From Methanomassiliicoccaceae archaeon (lineage in GTDB: Archaea > Thermoplasmatota > Thermoplasmata > Methanomassiliicoccales > Methanomassiliicoccaceae): DNA of 64,000 nt. Shown here piece by piece: positions 53,722 to 64,000 of the stretch; position 1 is the first letter of the stretch; the number at the start of each line of letters is the position of its first letter. The position numbers were made by a program, and so were the translations under genes. Location: the NCBI GenBank assembly GCA_963728405.1, contig CAVSJV010000017.1:384001-448000 (forward strand). Direction: 5' to 3'. The notes beneath the pieces are model-generated. The model was not told where the DNA came from. It did no database searches and saw only the letters and a program-made list of their open reading frames with translations.

Positions 53722-54479
53722 GCGCGATACTGCAGGGCCCTGAGGCGGTCCCGGCTGATCAGGGCGTCCTCCAGCCCCCGGGACTCGATGACGTAGCGGC
53801 CCTGATAGCCGGATAAGGACCTCAGCAGCCAGGGGAAGTCCACCGTGCCGTCGCCGATGGGCAGATGCTCGTCGGTCTCGCCCTTGTTATCGTGGACATG
53901 CAGGTTGATGATGCGCTTCTTGAGCTTCACGAAGTCCTTCAGTTTTCCCATGGTGTTGGCGTGGCCGACGTCCAAGCAGATGCCCAGTTCGGTCCCCTCG
54001 ATCAGCTCCAGGAGCGCCTCGGGAGTGGTGGCCATGGAGAACGGGGACCGGGGCATGTTCTCTAGTGCGACCTTCACGCCCAGGTCCTGGGAGAATGAGT
54101 CCAGTATCCGAAGGGCGCCCTTGGTGACCTCCTTGACCTTCTCCTGGCTCACGAAACCGAGGGGGGTCAGGAACGCTGGGTGCACGGTGTACACATCCAT
54201 GCCCAGTCGGCGGCAGGCGCCCAGGCCGGTGAGCAGCTCTCGCAGCGCCGCTTCCCTCATGCGGGGGTTGAGCGAGCCGATGTTGATGTCGCTCATAGGG
54301 GCGTGGGCGGAGTACTCCAGATCGTACGACGGGGCCAGGTCGAGGAACCGCTTCTCGATCTCCTTCAGATCGTGCCGTCCCTCGGCCACCACCTCCCAGG
54401 CCTGGAAGTTACGAGCGATGGTTTCCAGCGCTACAGAGAACTCGAGCACCGAGAACGCCGGCGAGGACACTGCGATCAT
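53718..54479 (-). CDS. Sugar phosphate isomerase/epimerase (AP endonuclease 2 TIM barrel)
   Basis: HAP..DINIGS, LENMP, LDVGH and HVHDN..DEHLPIGDG motifs. Confidence 0.88.
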   Translation of the reverse strand: MIAVSSPAFSVLEFSVALETIARNFQAWEVVAEGRHDLKEIEKRFLDLAPSYDLEYSAHAPMSDINIGSLNPRMREAALRELLTGLGACRRLGMDVYTVHPAFLTPLGFVSQEKVKEVTKGALRILDSFSQDLGVKVALENMPRSPFSMATTPEALLELIEGTELGICLDVGHANTMGKLKDFVKLKKRIINLHVHDNKGETDEHLPIGDGTVDFPWLLRSLSGYQGRYVIESRGLEDALISRDRLRALQYRA

Positions 54480-54856
54480 TCCCGGGCCTCCACCGTGCTC
54501 TCGGCCAGGAAGTCGATCGCCTTCTCGATGTTCTCATCCTCTATGGTGACCTCGATGCCCCCCAGCGCGACCGGGCCGTCCAGGAATGACACCTTCCCCA
54601 CGAAGGCGACCTGCTTGTTCAGCATGAACCATGTGCTCCCGTCCTTCATGCCCCGGAGCATGACCGAGCGGGCGCTGTCTCTGATGTGGTTGTCGATTAT
54701 GATCTCCCTCAGCCGGTCCGCGTTCTCGGTGCGGGCGGTCAGCATGGCGGCGCCTTCCTCGATCTCCGCTCCAGGAAAAAGGTTCAGCAAGGCCTGGCGG
54801 ACCTTCTCGCGGTCCTCGGTCGGGTAGCAGGGAACGGTTGCGGTGATGACGGGCAT
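54476..54856 (-). CDS. UPF0201 (DUF54) putative RNA-binding protein
   Basis: YPTEDREKV..A..N, IRDSAR and LNKQVAFVG motifs. Confidence 0.85.
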   Translation of the reverse strand: MPVITATVPCYPTEDREKVRQALLNLFPGAEIEEGAAMLTARTENADRLREIIIDNHIRDSARSVMLRGMKDGSTWFMLNKQVAFVGKVSFLDGPVALGGIEVTIEDENIEKAIDFLAESTVEARE

Positions 54857-54933
54857 GTTCGCTCCAATGTTCCGCACCGAATAAGAAACTTGGGTCAAAA
54901 TCTAATTAGAGCAGATTGCCTTGTGGTGCCGGG

Positions 54934-56379
54934 ATGAGAGACAGCATTCTCGATGCTCTAGCCAACGAGGGCATTCTTTTGGAACCGGACGCCGCCGAGC
55001 TGGTGCTGTCGCGTTCCGATCCCCTGAACTTTGTGCGCTCGGCGCTGGCGTCCATGCAGCAGCAGCCGCTGGTCCTCACGATGAGCGACCTGCGACCCTT
55101 TTATGAAACGGTGCCGGTGAGCCGCATCGCTCCGTCGGCCCTGGAGGTGCTGAGGGAGAGCCGGCCGACACCCCTGGCTCAGGACGACGGGGACGTGTGC
55201 ATCCTTCGAGATATCACCGGCAACTCGACCTGCGAGGGCAACATCATCGACTTCGCCCGGTACTTCAACGACCGCTTCAAGAAGATCAAGAAGATCCTGT
55301 CCCAGCGCCGCGAGCTAGTGGGCTGTCTATCGGTCCCCAAGGCCACCAAGTACGACCGCGAGGTCAAGATGATCGCCATCGTGAACGAGGTCCGCACCAC
55401 CAAGAACGGTCACCGGCTCCTCGAGGTGGAGGACGACGAGGGACGGTGCCCGGTGCTCATCCTTAAGGACAGTCCCCTGGCCCAGGAGAACATCGTCTCT
55501 GATGAGGTCATCGGCATCGTCGGCAAGACGTCGATGAAGGGCGACATGGTCGTGATGAACGAGCTGATCCGGCCAGACCTGCCCCTCCGCAAAGGGATGC
55601 AGCCGACCGACTCGTGGGCCTCGGTGGCGTTCATGTCCGACATCCACATCGGATCGAACACCTTCCTCCAGAAGCCGTGGGAGCGGATGATCGAGTGGAT
55701 GAGGACCGAGGGCCAGGACGAGGTCCGTTACCTGGTGGTCCCGGGGGACGTCGTCGACGGCATCGGTATCTTCCCCGGGCAGGAGGAAGAGCTGGAGATA
55801 GATGACATCTTTGCCCAGTACGAGGCATTGGCCAATCATCTGAAGGATATCCCGGACGGCATACGCATCATCATGCAACCGGGTAACCACGATGCGGTGC
55901 GCCCAGCCGAGCCGCAGCCCACCTTCCCCAAGGACATCACCAAGCTGTTCGATTCATCCATCCAGTTCATCGGAAATCCCTGTTATCTGGAGATCGAGGG
56001 TCGCAAGATCATGACCTACCACGGCCGCAGCCTGGATGACTGGATCGGCAATATCCAGGGCCTCAACTACAACAACCCGCTGGAGGCCATGAAGGAGATG
56101 TTGAAACGCCGGCACATGGCCCCCATCTACGGCGGGAAGACCCCCCTGGCCCCGGAGAAGGAGGACTTCCTGGTGATCGAGGAGGTCCCCGACATCTTCG
56201 TCACCGGTCATGTTCATGGTGCAGGGATCGGCGAGTATCGCGGAGTGCGCATGATCTGCGCCTCGACCTGGCAGTCGCAGACCCCATTCCAGCGGATGCA
56301 CAACTTCAATCCAGACCCCGCCAAGCTGCCCATCGTGCACCTGGGCACCGGGCAGACCAGGATGATGGATTTTAACTGA
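54934..56379 (+). CDS. polB: DNA polymerase D small subunit (DP1)
   Basis: SDIHIGS, GDVVDGIGIFPGQ, PGNHD, YHG, RRHMAP and TGHVH motifs. Confidence 0.95.
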   Translation: MRDSILDALANEGILLEPDAAELVLSRSDPLNFVRSALASMQQQPLVLTMSDLRPFYETVPVSRIAPSALEVLRESRPTPLAQDDGDVCILRDITGNSTCEGNIIDFARYFNDRFKKIKKILSQRRELVGCLSVPKATKYDREVKMIAIVNEVRTTKNGHRLLEVEDDEGRCPVLILKDSPLAQENIVSDEVIGIVGKTSMKGDMVVMNELIRPDLPLRKGMQPTDSWASVAFMSDIHIGSNTFLQKPWERMIEWMRTEGQDEVRYLVVPGDVVDGIGIFPGQEEELEIDDIFAQYEALANHLKDIPDGIRIIMQPGNHDAVRPAEPQPTFPKDITKLFDSSIQFIGNPCYLEIEGRKIMTYHGRSLDDWIGNIQGLNYNNPLEAMKEMLKRRHMAPIYGGKTPLAPEKEDFLVIEEVPDIFVTGHVHGAGIGEYRGVRMICASTWQSQTPFQRMHNFNPDPAKLPIVHLGTGQTRMMDFN

Positions 56380-56443
56380 GCCGACCCGTTTGATAGGGTG
56401 GCGAAGGAAATAATATCCTCAAAGCCATGGATACGCCGGCGTT

Positions 56444-56953
56444 ATGGTGGCGCAGGTCCGGCTATCAAACATGTCCGAGCAGGACTACCAGCGTTTCTTC
56501 GAGACCACGGTGAGCGACTATGCCGAAGAGAACGTCCAGGCCGGCTACTGGTGCGCCGCCGATGCGTTAGAGAGGTCCCGGAAGGAGCTGCTCCGGTTGC
56601 TACCGGACGGTGTTCGAACAAAGGGGCATCGCCTGTATACGGTCCATGACCCTAGTTCGGGGCAGGCCATGGGGCACGTTTGGATCCGGGTGGAAGAGGG
56701 CTTGGGAGGACTTACCGGTTTCATCTTTGCCATCTACCTGGAGAAGGATCTCCGGGGTCGGGGGTTCGGGAAAGCGACCATGAAGGAGCTAGACCAGGAG
56801 GCCGGACGGCTCGGCCTACGGGCCCTGGTCCTGCATGTCTTCTCTACCAACAAGGTCGCCTTGCATCTATACGAGCGTTCTGGTTACCAGACCCGCAGCG
56901 TGAACATGGTCAAGATGTTCCACCCCGGGTCATCAGCGGAACGTGATCGGTAG
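56444..56953 (+). CDS. GNAT N-acetyltransferase
   Basis: RGRGFG and LHVF..N..A..LY motifs. Confidence 0.87.
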   Translation: MVAQVRLSNMSEQDYQRFFETTVSDYAEENVQAGYWCAADALERSRKELLRLLPDGVRTKGHRLYTVHDPSSGQAMGHVWIRVEEGLGGLTGFIFAIYLEKDLRGRGFGKATMKELDQEAGRLGLRALVLHVFSTNKVALHLYERSGYQTRSVNMVKMFHPGSSAERDR

Positions 56954-56989
56954 CAGAAGATGTGATCGGAGAGCGGCGTATTATTACCA

Positions 56990-57952
56990 TCATGCTATCA
57001 ATATCACGACCAGATAGCTTAGGTAGGTGACCAGGAGAAGTGAGCCTGCCTTCCTGGTTATCCGCTCTCTGATCACCAGCAATCCCAGCAGACCCAGGAT
57101 GAAGGCCGACATGATCACCAGGTTTATGAGTATGTCCGGCCCGGCGGTGTCGAAACCGGCGACCAGGGCGCCGATGCCGATGACGAAGAGGGAGTTGATG
57201 ATGATGGTGCCCAGAACATTGCCGATGATAATGTCCGTCTCCCCTTTCTTTGAAGCGGTTATGCTGACCGTCAGCTCCGGGACCGTGGTACCGAAGGCGA
57301 CGAGAGTGAGACCGATGGCCTCCTGGCTGACCCCCGCCGACCGGGCGATGCTCGCTGCGCCCTCGATGACCATTTGAGCGCCGACCGCCAGGAGGACGAT
57401 CCCTACGATGGTGAACATCATCAACACCTTTCTCGAGCGGACCGTCCACCTGTTCGTCTCGATCAGCTCCTCCTCTTCCTCGAAGGCCAGGGGGCCACCA
57501 TGACGGGAGCCCAGGTACAGAGTAAGGAAGAATAAGTTGAGGACCAGTAAGAGCAGGAGACCGTCCTTGAAATCGTATCTTCCGTCCAGGCCTAGGAACA
57601 ATAGCATGAACAGAGCGACCACCAGGAAGACCACCTGTATCACAACCATACGGAAGCGGACGATGATGGGCGCGATCAAAGCTGCCACCCCCAGCACCAG
57701 GCCCACGTTGGCGATATTGGCCCCGATAACATTGCTCAGGGATAGCGCGTTGGAGCCTTCCAATGACGAGATGAAGGAAAGGATAGCTTCCGGAGCGGAC
57801 GTCCCCAACGCGACGATGGTCAGTCCGATAAACAGCCGGCTGATCCCTACCCTCATGGCCAGAGCGACGGCCCCCTCGACCAGCCATTTTCCTCCGTAGT
57901 ACAGCAGGAAAAGCCCGGCCAGTAAAATGGAAAGGGAAAGCGGAAGGTCCAT
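56990..57952 (-). CDS. Ca2+/Na+ antiporter (YrbG-like)
   Basis: GTSAPE and GTTVPE alpha repeats, NVIGANI. Confidence 0.92.
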   Translation of the reverse strand: MDLPLSLSILLAGLFLLYYGGKWLVEGAVALAMRVGISRLFIGLTIVALGTSAPEAILSFISSLEGSNALSLSNVIGANIANVGLVLGVAALIAPIIVRFRMVVIQVVFLVVALFMLLFLGLDGRYDFKDGLLLLLVLNLFFLTLYLGSRHGGPLAFEEEEELIETNRWTVRSRKVLMMFTIVGIVLLAVGAQMVIEGAASIARSAGVSQEAIGLTLVAFGTTVPELTVSITASKKGETDIIIGNVLGTIIINSLFVIGIGALVAGFDTAGPDILINLVIMSAFILGLLGLLVIRERITRKAGSLLLVTYLSYLVVILIA

Positions 57953-57989
57953 CAGATGAACGAGGGAGGAGCTAGAAGAAATGCATTGC

Positions 57990-58136
57990 TCACTTGAACA
58001 GGAAGAACACTATCAATATGTAGCCCAGAACGAGCATGACCAGAGAAATGATCCAGAAGTAGCGGAGGATACGTCCCCGCGCTACCGGGTCCTGGAAATG
58101 GAAAAATTGTTGAAAGAGTTGCTCAAGCGACTTCAA
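57990..58136 (-). CDS. Putative 48-aa single-pass membrane protein after atpD (not in ORF track)
   Basis: TTG start overlapping the atpD end; [48 protein letters not shown]. Confidence 0.62.
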   Translation of the reverse strand: MKSLEQLFQQFFHFQDPVARGRILRYFWIISLVMLVLGYILIVFFLFK

Positions 58137-58768
58137 CTTTAGCCTCAGCCTTGTCCTTGATGCGCTTCAGGCGGAAGGTGCTCTCCCTCTCCATCTCCTC
58201 GAGACGGAGCTCGATGAAGTCCTCGGCTTCCTGAAGCTCGGGAATGACCCTGAACTCGAGCGCATTGACACGCCTCTTGGTCTTCTCGATCTCGTCAAGG
58301 AGCTTCTTCATTGTGGTCTCGATCTCCGCTGCCTGGACCAAGGTCTCCACTAGGTCTTCGAACGCCCTGGTGGCCTCGTCGATATAGGTCGAGGTCCCGA
58401 TGACACCGTAGCCGCGCTGGTCCACAGTGCTCTTGAGCGCGTTGGTCTCGATCTCCGGGACCACCAAGCCCATGACAGTTCTTGGAGCGAAGGGTGACCT
58501 CGGGATGGAGGCGGAGGGCGAAGGCGGCCGAGCGGACAGCGATGGCGCCGTCCACGGCCTGGGCCACTCCGATCTTCCTCATGGCCTCGTCGTAATCCTT
58601 CACGACCTTGACGCGAACCTGCTTGGCCTGTTCGAGGATCTTGAAGAACTCGATGATCAGGCCATCCCGCTTCATCTTGAGGATCTTGTAGCCTGACTGG
58701 GTCAGCTTCTTCCTCCGCTTGACCTCGAGCAGCTCGGAGCGGGTCGGCTTTACCTCCATCCGTGGCAT
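58123..58768 (-). CDS. atpD: A-type ATP synthase subunit D (frameshift near 58477)
   Basis: [13 protein letters not shown] and [13 protein letters not shown] motifs. Confidence 0.95.
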
Positions 58769-58770
58769 CT

Positions 58771-60162
58771 TCACTCACTCTTTTTGTGGGCGGGGTGGTA
58801 CTTCTCGATGTACTTCCGGTCGATCCTGGACAGTTGGTTCTCCGGTAGCATGGCCACCAGGTCCCAGGCGATCTCCAGGGTGGTCTCGATGTCGCGGTCC
58901 TCGTCGTGACCCTGCCTGACGAACTTGTTCTCGAAGGCGTCGGCGAAGTCAAGGAACCTGCGGTCCCTCTCCGACAATGATTCCTTTCCGACGATGGCGA
59001 CAAGGCCCCTTAGGTCACGGCCCTCGGCGTAGGCAGCGTAGCATTGGTCAGAGACGGCCTTGTGGTCCTCCCTGGTGAGGCCCGGGCCGATACCGGCGTT
59101 CATCAGCCTGGACAGGGAAGCGCCCACGTTGATGGATGGATATATACCGGCGCGGTTCAGATCCCTGGATGCCACGATCTGGCCCTCAGTGATGTAACCG
59201 GTCAGGTCGGGGATGGGATGGGTGATATCATCACCAGGCATGGTCAGGATAGGGATCTGGGTGATCGAGCCCTTCTTCCCCTTGATCCTACCGGCCCTCT
59301 CGTACAGGGTGGCGAGGTCGGTGTACATGTACCCGGGATAGCCACGTCGGCCAGGAACTTCTTCACGGGCCGCACCGATCTGCCTGAGCGCCTCACAGTA
59401 GTTGGTGATATCGGTCAGGATGACCAGCACGTGCATGTCCAGCTCGAAGGCGAGATATTCGGCGGTGGTGAGCGCCAACCTCGGAGTGATGATCCTCTCG
59501 ATGGCGGGGTCATCGGCCAGGTTCATGAAGACCACGGCCCTCTTGAGCGCGCCGGTCCTCTCGAAGTCACCCATGAAGTACTGCGCCTCTTCGGCAGTGA
59601 TGCCCATGGCGGCGAAGACGACGGCGAACTCCTCGTTGGAGCCGCGCACCTTGGCCTGACGAGCGATCTGCAGGGCGATGTCGTTGTGGGGCAGACCAGA
59701 CCCAGAGAAGATGGGCAGCTTCTGCCCACGGACCAGGGTGTTCATCCCGTCGATGGACGAGATACCGGTCTGAATGAACTCTTTCGGTTCGGCCCGTGCC
59801 CACGGGTTGATGGCCGCGCCGTTGATGTCCAGGCGGTCCTCGGGCGTGATGGCCGGACCACCATCGATGGGGTCACCGGCTCCGTTAAGGATCCTGCCCA
59901 GCATATCGCGGGACACCGGCATCTTCATGGCCTCGCCGAGGAACTTAACCCCCGCGGCCCTCTCCACGCCAGCGGTCCCCTCGAACACCTGGATGACCAC
60001 GTATTTACCGGAGGTGTCTAGCACCTGGCCCCTCTTCTGGGTACCGTCCGGCATGGTCACGGTGGCCAGCTCATTGTAGCCGACCGGCTCGGTCTTCTCT
60101 ACGAACACCAGCGGACCGGCGATTTGCGAGATAGTACGATATTCCTTGGAAACAATGCTCAT
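58771..60162 (-). CDS. atpB: A-type ATP synthase subunit B
   Basis: [14 protein letters not shown] and [14 protein letters not shown] motifs. Confidence 0.97.
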   Translation of the reverse strand: MSIVSKEYRTISQIAGPLVFVEKTEPVGYNELATVTMPDGTQKRGQVLDTSGKYVVIQVFEGTAGVERAAGVKFLGEAMKMPVSRDMLGRILNGAGDPIDGGPAITPEDRLDINGAAINPWARAEPKEFIQTGISSIDGMNTLVRGQKLPIFSGSGLPHNDIALQIARQAKVRGSNEEFAVVFAAMGITAEEAQYFMGDFERTGALKRAVVFMNLADDPAIERIITPRLALTTAEYLAFELDMHVLVILTDITNYCEALRQIGAAREEVPGRRGYPGYMYTDLATLYERAGRIKGKKGSITQIPILTMPGDDITHPIPDLTGYITEGQIVASRDLNRAGIYPSINVGASLSRLMNAGIGPGLTREDHKAVSDQCYAAYAEGRDLRGLVAIVGKESLSERDRRFLDFADAFENKFVRQGHDEDRDIETTLEIAWDLVAMLPENQLSRIDRKYIEKYHPAHKKSE

Positions 60163-61892
60163 GCCTTACCCCCCAGGGCTTCGAACTGGCCGTCCATCTC
60201 CTTGGCGATGGCTTCCAGCTCCTGGTCGATGTTGTCCTCGTACTTTGACTTGGCCAGGCGGTTACGCACTGGGAGCTCTACGATGGCATCGACCGATACG
60301 TCGCTTTCCACAGACTTCTTGGCCAGGTCCGAGAAGCGCCTTATCAGCTTCATCATGGCATATTGTCTCGGCAGCGGGCAGTAGGTATCGACCTTGTGGT
60401 AAGCGTTCTGCTGCAGGAAGATCTCACGGATCATCCTTGCTACCTCCAGGGTCATCTTCTGCTCGTCAGGGAGAGCATCAGAACCGACCAGTTGCACGAT
60501 TTCCTGAAGCTCGGCCTCACGCTGCAGGACCTCCATGGCCCATTGCCGTTGGGCTGGGAAATCATCCGCCACGTTCGTTCTGTACCATTTGTCCAGGTTG
60601 TTGGTGTACAGCGAGTATGAGGTCAGCCAGTTAATGGTCGGGAAGTGTCTCCTCTCACGGAGCTTGGAATCGAGCGCCCAGAACACCCGGACGATACGCA
60701 GGGTGTTCTGCGTGACCGGCTCGGACATGTCGCCGCCGGGCGGGGACACCGCTCCTACGACGGATACCGATCCAGTGGTACCGTTGGCGTTCTCTACACG
60801 GCCAGACCGCTCGTAGAACTCGGACAGTCTCGCCGACAGATACGCGGGGAAGCCTTCCTCACCGGGCATCTCTTCCAGCCTGGACGAGATCTCTCTCATG
60901 GCCTCGGCCCACCGAGAGGTGGAGTCGGCCATCAAGGAGACGTTATAGCCCATGTCACGGTAGTACTCGGCGATGGTCATGCCGGTATAGACGGACGCTT
61001 CACGCGCCGCCACGGGCATGTTGGAGGTGTTGGCGATGAGCACGGTCCTCTGCATGAGTGGCTCGCCGGTCCTAGGGTCCTCCAGCTCGGGGAAGGTCGC
61101 AAGCACCTCGGTCATCTCATTGCCACGCTCGCCGCATCCGATGTAGACGACGATCTCGGCGTCCGACCACTTGGCCAGCTGCTGCTGGGTGACCGTCTTG
61201 CCGGTACCGAACGCTCCGGGGATGGCCGCGGTGCCTCCCTGGGGCAGAGGGAACATGGTGTCCAGGACACGCTGTCCGGTCACCAGGGGAATGTCAGGAA
61301 GCAGCTTCTTGCCGAACGGGCGTCCACTCCGTACAGGCCACTTCTGAAGCATGGTGAGGTTTCGGCTGCCGATCGTAGCGATCGTCTCGTCGATGGTGAA
61401 GTCGCCCTCGGTGATGCTGCTCAGGATGCCGCTCACTCCAGGAGGCACCATGATCTTGTGGAGGATGTAGAACTCCTGGACGGTGCCGAGGACGGAGCCG
61501 GGGGTTACCTTGTCGCCCTTCTTGGCGGTGGGGGTGAAGTGCCACTTCTTCTTGTGGTCCAAGCCAGGAGCGCTGACGCCCCTCTTGATATAGTCACCCA
61601 TGTTCTGCATCAAGACTGGCAGGGGCCTTTGGATACCATCGTACACGCTGGTCAGCAGGCCAGGGCCGAGTTCGGCCACCAGGGGCTGAGCGGTGTCGAT
61701 GACCTTCTCGCCAGGTCGCAACCCGGAGGTCTCCTCGTAGACCTGAATGATCGTCTTGTCGCCGTCGATCTTGATGACCTCACCCATCAGGCCTTCTTCT
61801 CCCACTTGCATGATATCATACATCTTGGGAGAGATCCCGGTCGCGGTCACCACTGGTCCGGCTACCCTGTAGATCTCACCTTGCTTCGCCAT
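60159..61892 (-). CDS. atpA: A-type ATP synthase subunit A (no intein)
   Basis: [16 protein letters not shown] and [12 protein letters not shown] motifs. Confidence 0.97.
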   Translation of the reverse strand: MAKQGEIYRVAGPVVTATGISPKMYDIMQVGEEGLMGEVIKIDGDKTIIQVYEETSGLRPGEKVIDTAQPLVAELGPGLLTSVYDGIQRPLPVLMQNMGDYIKRGVSAPGLDHKKKWHFTPTAKKGDKVTPGSVLGTVQEFYILHKIMVPPGVSGILSSITEGDFTIDETIATIGSRNLTMLQKWPVRSGRPFGKKLLPDIPLVTGQRVLDTMFPLPQGGTAAIPGAFGTGKTVTQQQLAKWSDAEIVVYIGCGERGNEMTEVLATFPELEDPRTGEPLMQRTVLIANTSNMPVAAREASVYTGMTIAEYYRDMGYNVSLMADSTSRWAEAMREISSRLEEMPGEEGFPAYLSARLSEFYERSGRVENANGTTGSVSVVGAVSPPGGDMSEPVTQNTLRIVRVFWALDSKLRERRHFPTINWLTSYSLYTNNLDKWYRTNVADDFPAQRQWAMEVLQREAELQEIVQLVGSDALPDEQKMTLEVARMIREIFLQQNAYHKVDTYCPLPRQYAMMKLIRRFSDLAKKSVESDVSVDAIVELPVRNRLAKSKYEDNIDQELEAIAKEMDGQFEALGGKA

Positions 61893-61894
61893 TT

Positions 61895-62203
61895 TTAATC
61901 CCTCTCAGTCTTGTATAGATCAACGCCAATCGCGCGCTTCACTTTCTCTCTCAGGTCGCCTTCCTCTCCGCCTACCGGAACCACGACCGGGGAAATGCTC
62001 TCCATCGCCCTCTTTCGAGAGAGGGGAGAGACTTTGGACAGGTCAGCTGAATGAATTGCTAGGATACCGATGGAAGAATCGGCCACGAGCTCGAGCAGCT
62101 TAGTCTCGAACTCGTTCGACTGGACCGCGTAGACCCGCCTTATCCCAGAAAGGCGGAAGCCCAGCACGAACTCCTCTGTTCCCAATACCGCGAACTCCAT
62201 CAT
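61895..62203 (-). CDS. atpF: A-type ATP synthase subunit F
   Basis: AVLG..FVLGFRLSG and KVKRAIGVDL motifs; operon position. Confidence 0.93.
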   Translation of the reverse strand: MMEFAVLGTEEFVLGFRLSGIRRVYAVQSNEFETKLLELVADSSIGILAIHSADLSKVSPLSRKRAMESISPVVVPVGGEEGDLREKVKRAIGVDLYKTERD

Positions 62204-63261
62204 ATCACCAGCAGCTTCTTGATCGTATCAGCATCCATTCCCGTGGCTTTTCCGCGGGCGATGGTGCGCAGGTTATCCACTTCAATCTTCTTGCGAATGA
62301 TATAGTCAATGATGGGAAGCACCGACAACGGATAGAGGTGGGAGAACTTCTCCGACTGCTTGGCCTGGTATCTTTGAAGGCTGAGCATCACGTCGTTCAG
62401 GGATCCGGTCTTCTTAGCCGTATCCAGCGCTTCCTTGATCGCTTCGTAGAAGGGCAGCTTAGCGAGGTCCTCCAGCATCTGCTCGAAATTCTCGGCAGAG
62501 GCCAGTCGGGTTAATTCCCTGACGTCCAGATCGTGCCCACCCTCGATGAAATAGGGCCGGACCTTATCGACGGTCAGGCCAGCCTGTTTGAGCTTCAGAA
62601 GGGTCCTCAGGTTGATGATGTCGATCTCCCTCTCGATGTAAGAGAGGAATAGCCGGCGGGGCTTGCCCTTGGGCTGAACCGCCTCCAGCAACCTAGTATA
62701 GTAAAGCTTGTCGAGGAAGTCCTCGATAGGGGCGAGGTTCCCGCCCTTCTCGTAGGCCGCCATGACGTCCTCGGGGATGACGATGTCCTGCTTCTTGTGC
62801 AGGGCTTCGATTATCTCCATCGGTCCGTCCATCGCCACCAAGGACAGCAAGTACTCCTCGCTAAGGCTGCCCGCGGGGACCAGGTCCTCCTGGATCTCCT
62901 CGAGACTTGCATTGGAGAACTTGCCACGCAGGATGGTCTTGATGTTCCAGAAATCCCAGCGGCGCAGATAGGCCGCTAGGAGGTCTTTGAGATCCCCGTT
63001 GCTGAAATCGATGATGCTCCGATAGGTCCGGGCCAGGTTGACCGAAGTGCCGAGCTCTAACAGATTTACCCCCGAATATTTGGAGGCCAGCTCGACCATC
63101 TCTGCTTTGTACTGCGTCTCGCCCAGGAACCTGCTTATCTCGTTGAGGTCCATCATCATCAACTTGGGGTAGTTGTCCTTGGTCAACAGGTGGGCCTTCT
63201 TCGCTTTGACCCTTGCTGTGGCGTAGGAGTAGTTCCCCCGGTTGCGGCCTAGTCCGAACAT
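62200..63261 (-). CDS. atpC: A-type ATP synthase subunit C
   Basis: YATARVKA, DFWNIKTILR and EVDNLRTIARG motifs. Confidence 0.93.
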   Translation of the reverse strand: MFGLGRNRGNYSYATARVKAKKAHLLTKDNYPKLMMMDLNEISRFLGETQYKAEMVELASKYSGVNLLELGTSVNLARTYRSIIDFSNGDLKDLLAAYLRRWDFWNIKTILRGKFSNASLEEIQEDLVPAGSLSEEYLLSLVAMDGPMEIIEALHKKQDIVIPEDVMAAYEKGGNLAPIEDFLDKLYYTRLLEAVQPKGKPRRLFLSYIEREIDIINLRTLLKLKQAGLTVDKVRPYFIEGGHDLDVRELTRLASAENFEQMLEDLAKLPFYEAIKEALDTAKKTGSLNDVMLSLQRYQAKQSEKFSHLYPLSVLPIIDYIIRKKIEVDNLRTIARGKATGMDADTIKKLLVI

Positions 63262-63279
63262 TGCTTCACCTAGATATGC

Positions 63280-63837
63280 TCACCCGAACAGGGTGTTCGA
63301 AATCGTTTTCTGTTCCCGATCCCAGATGCTCTCCAGAATGTTCTTGAATCGGAAGTCTAGACGGACCGAGCCGTCCTCGTTCTCCAGGATCAGGCCGGAT
63401 TCCATGTCGGTCTCGGTGAGCGATTCACATCCCCGCAGACCGGCGAGCAGATCGGCCTCTCCCTTGGGACAGAAGACCTTGGGTTTGTGGATGACCTTCT
63501 TGCCATCGATCAAGATCTTCTTGTAGAGAGCGGACTTTTCCTTGGGATCCATTGTGGAGAGCTCACGGAGCATCTCGTCGAAGGTCCGGTTCAGGATGTC
63601 CTTCCTCTTGTTCAGCACGATCTTCTTCGCCTCCAGTTCCGCACTGGAGAGCTCCTGCCTTCCCATTCTCATGAGGGCGTCCTGGAGCTCCTTCTCCTCG
63701 ACCTTTCGCATCTTTTCGATCTTCTGGTCGGTCTCTAGGAGAATCTTCGCTCTTTCCTTCTCTGCCTCCTGGATACGCTGGTCGGCTTCCTTCCTTGCGT
63801 CCTCCAGGATATCGTTAGCTACCTTGTCCAGTGCCAT
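63280..63837 (-). CDS. atpE: A-type ATP synthase subunit E
   Basis: MALDKV..I...A coil and GLILE..DG...D motif; operon position. Confidence 0.9.
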   Translation of the reverse strand: MALDKVANDILEDARKEADQRIQEAEKERAKILLETDQKIEKMRKVEEKELQDALMRMGRQELSSAELEAKKIVLNKRKDILNRTFDEMLRELSTMDPKEKSALYKKILIDGKKVIHKPKVFCPKGEADLLAGLRGCESLTETDMESGLILENEDGSVRLDFRFKNILESIWDREQKTISNTLFG

Positions 63838-63865
63838 GAGCCAGCCTCTTCTTGCTGACTCGTGC

Positions 63866-64000
63866 TCACATGTTGAGCCAGAGCAGGATAGCTACGACCA
63901 GGCCAAAGATAACGATGGTCTCAGGGATAACCGTAAGGATCAGACCCTTACCGAAGAGCTTCTCGTCCTCGGCCATTGCACCTACCGCGGCTGCACCGAT
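63866..64000 (-). CDS. atpK: A-type ATP synthase proteolipid K/c (3' part; cut by window edge)
   Basis: IGAAAVGAMAEDEKLFGKGLILTVIPETIVIFGLVVAILLWLNM*. Confidence 0.92.
   Translation of the reverse strand: MGAAAVGAMAEDEKLFGKGLILTVIPETIVIFGLVVAILLWLNM

Overview
GC-rich archaeal chromosome segment. Gene content and order (AsnRS, GcvT, split GuaAA/GuaAB, Gar1-TFB, EndA, PolD small subunit, A1Ao ATP synthase) point to a euryarchaeon, most likely Thermoplasmatota/Methanomassiliicoccales; this is an inference. Most of the window is housekeeping. Accessory or unexplained elements: (1) a ~7.1 kb island integrated at the 3' end of tRNA-Gly(CCC), bounded by a 13-bp direct repeat and carrying a broken integrase and a CheB/CheR-kinase-response regulator cassette; (2) a tnpB-only IS200/IS605 element, plus a second, decayed one; (3) a structured leader with a uORF before a cation:proton antiporter; (4) an HSR1-like heat-shock locus with a visible palindromic operator; (5) an extended UbiA prenyltransferase / geranylgeranyl reductase pair beside a 1479-aa pilin/FG-GAP surface protein; (6) three small ORFs below the ORF-track cutoff, one at the end of the atp operon. 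About 16 single-base frameshifts, several in core genes, look like assembly errors. All family calls come from motif recognition; no database searches were run.
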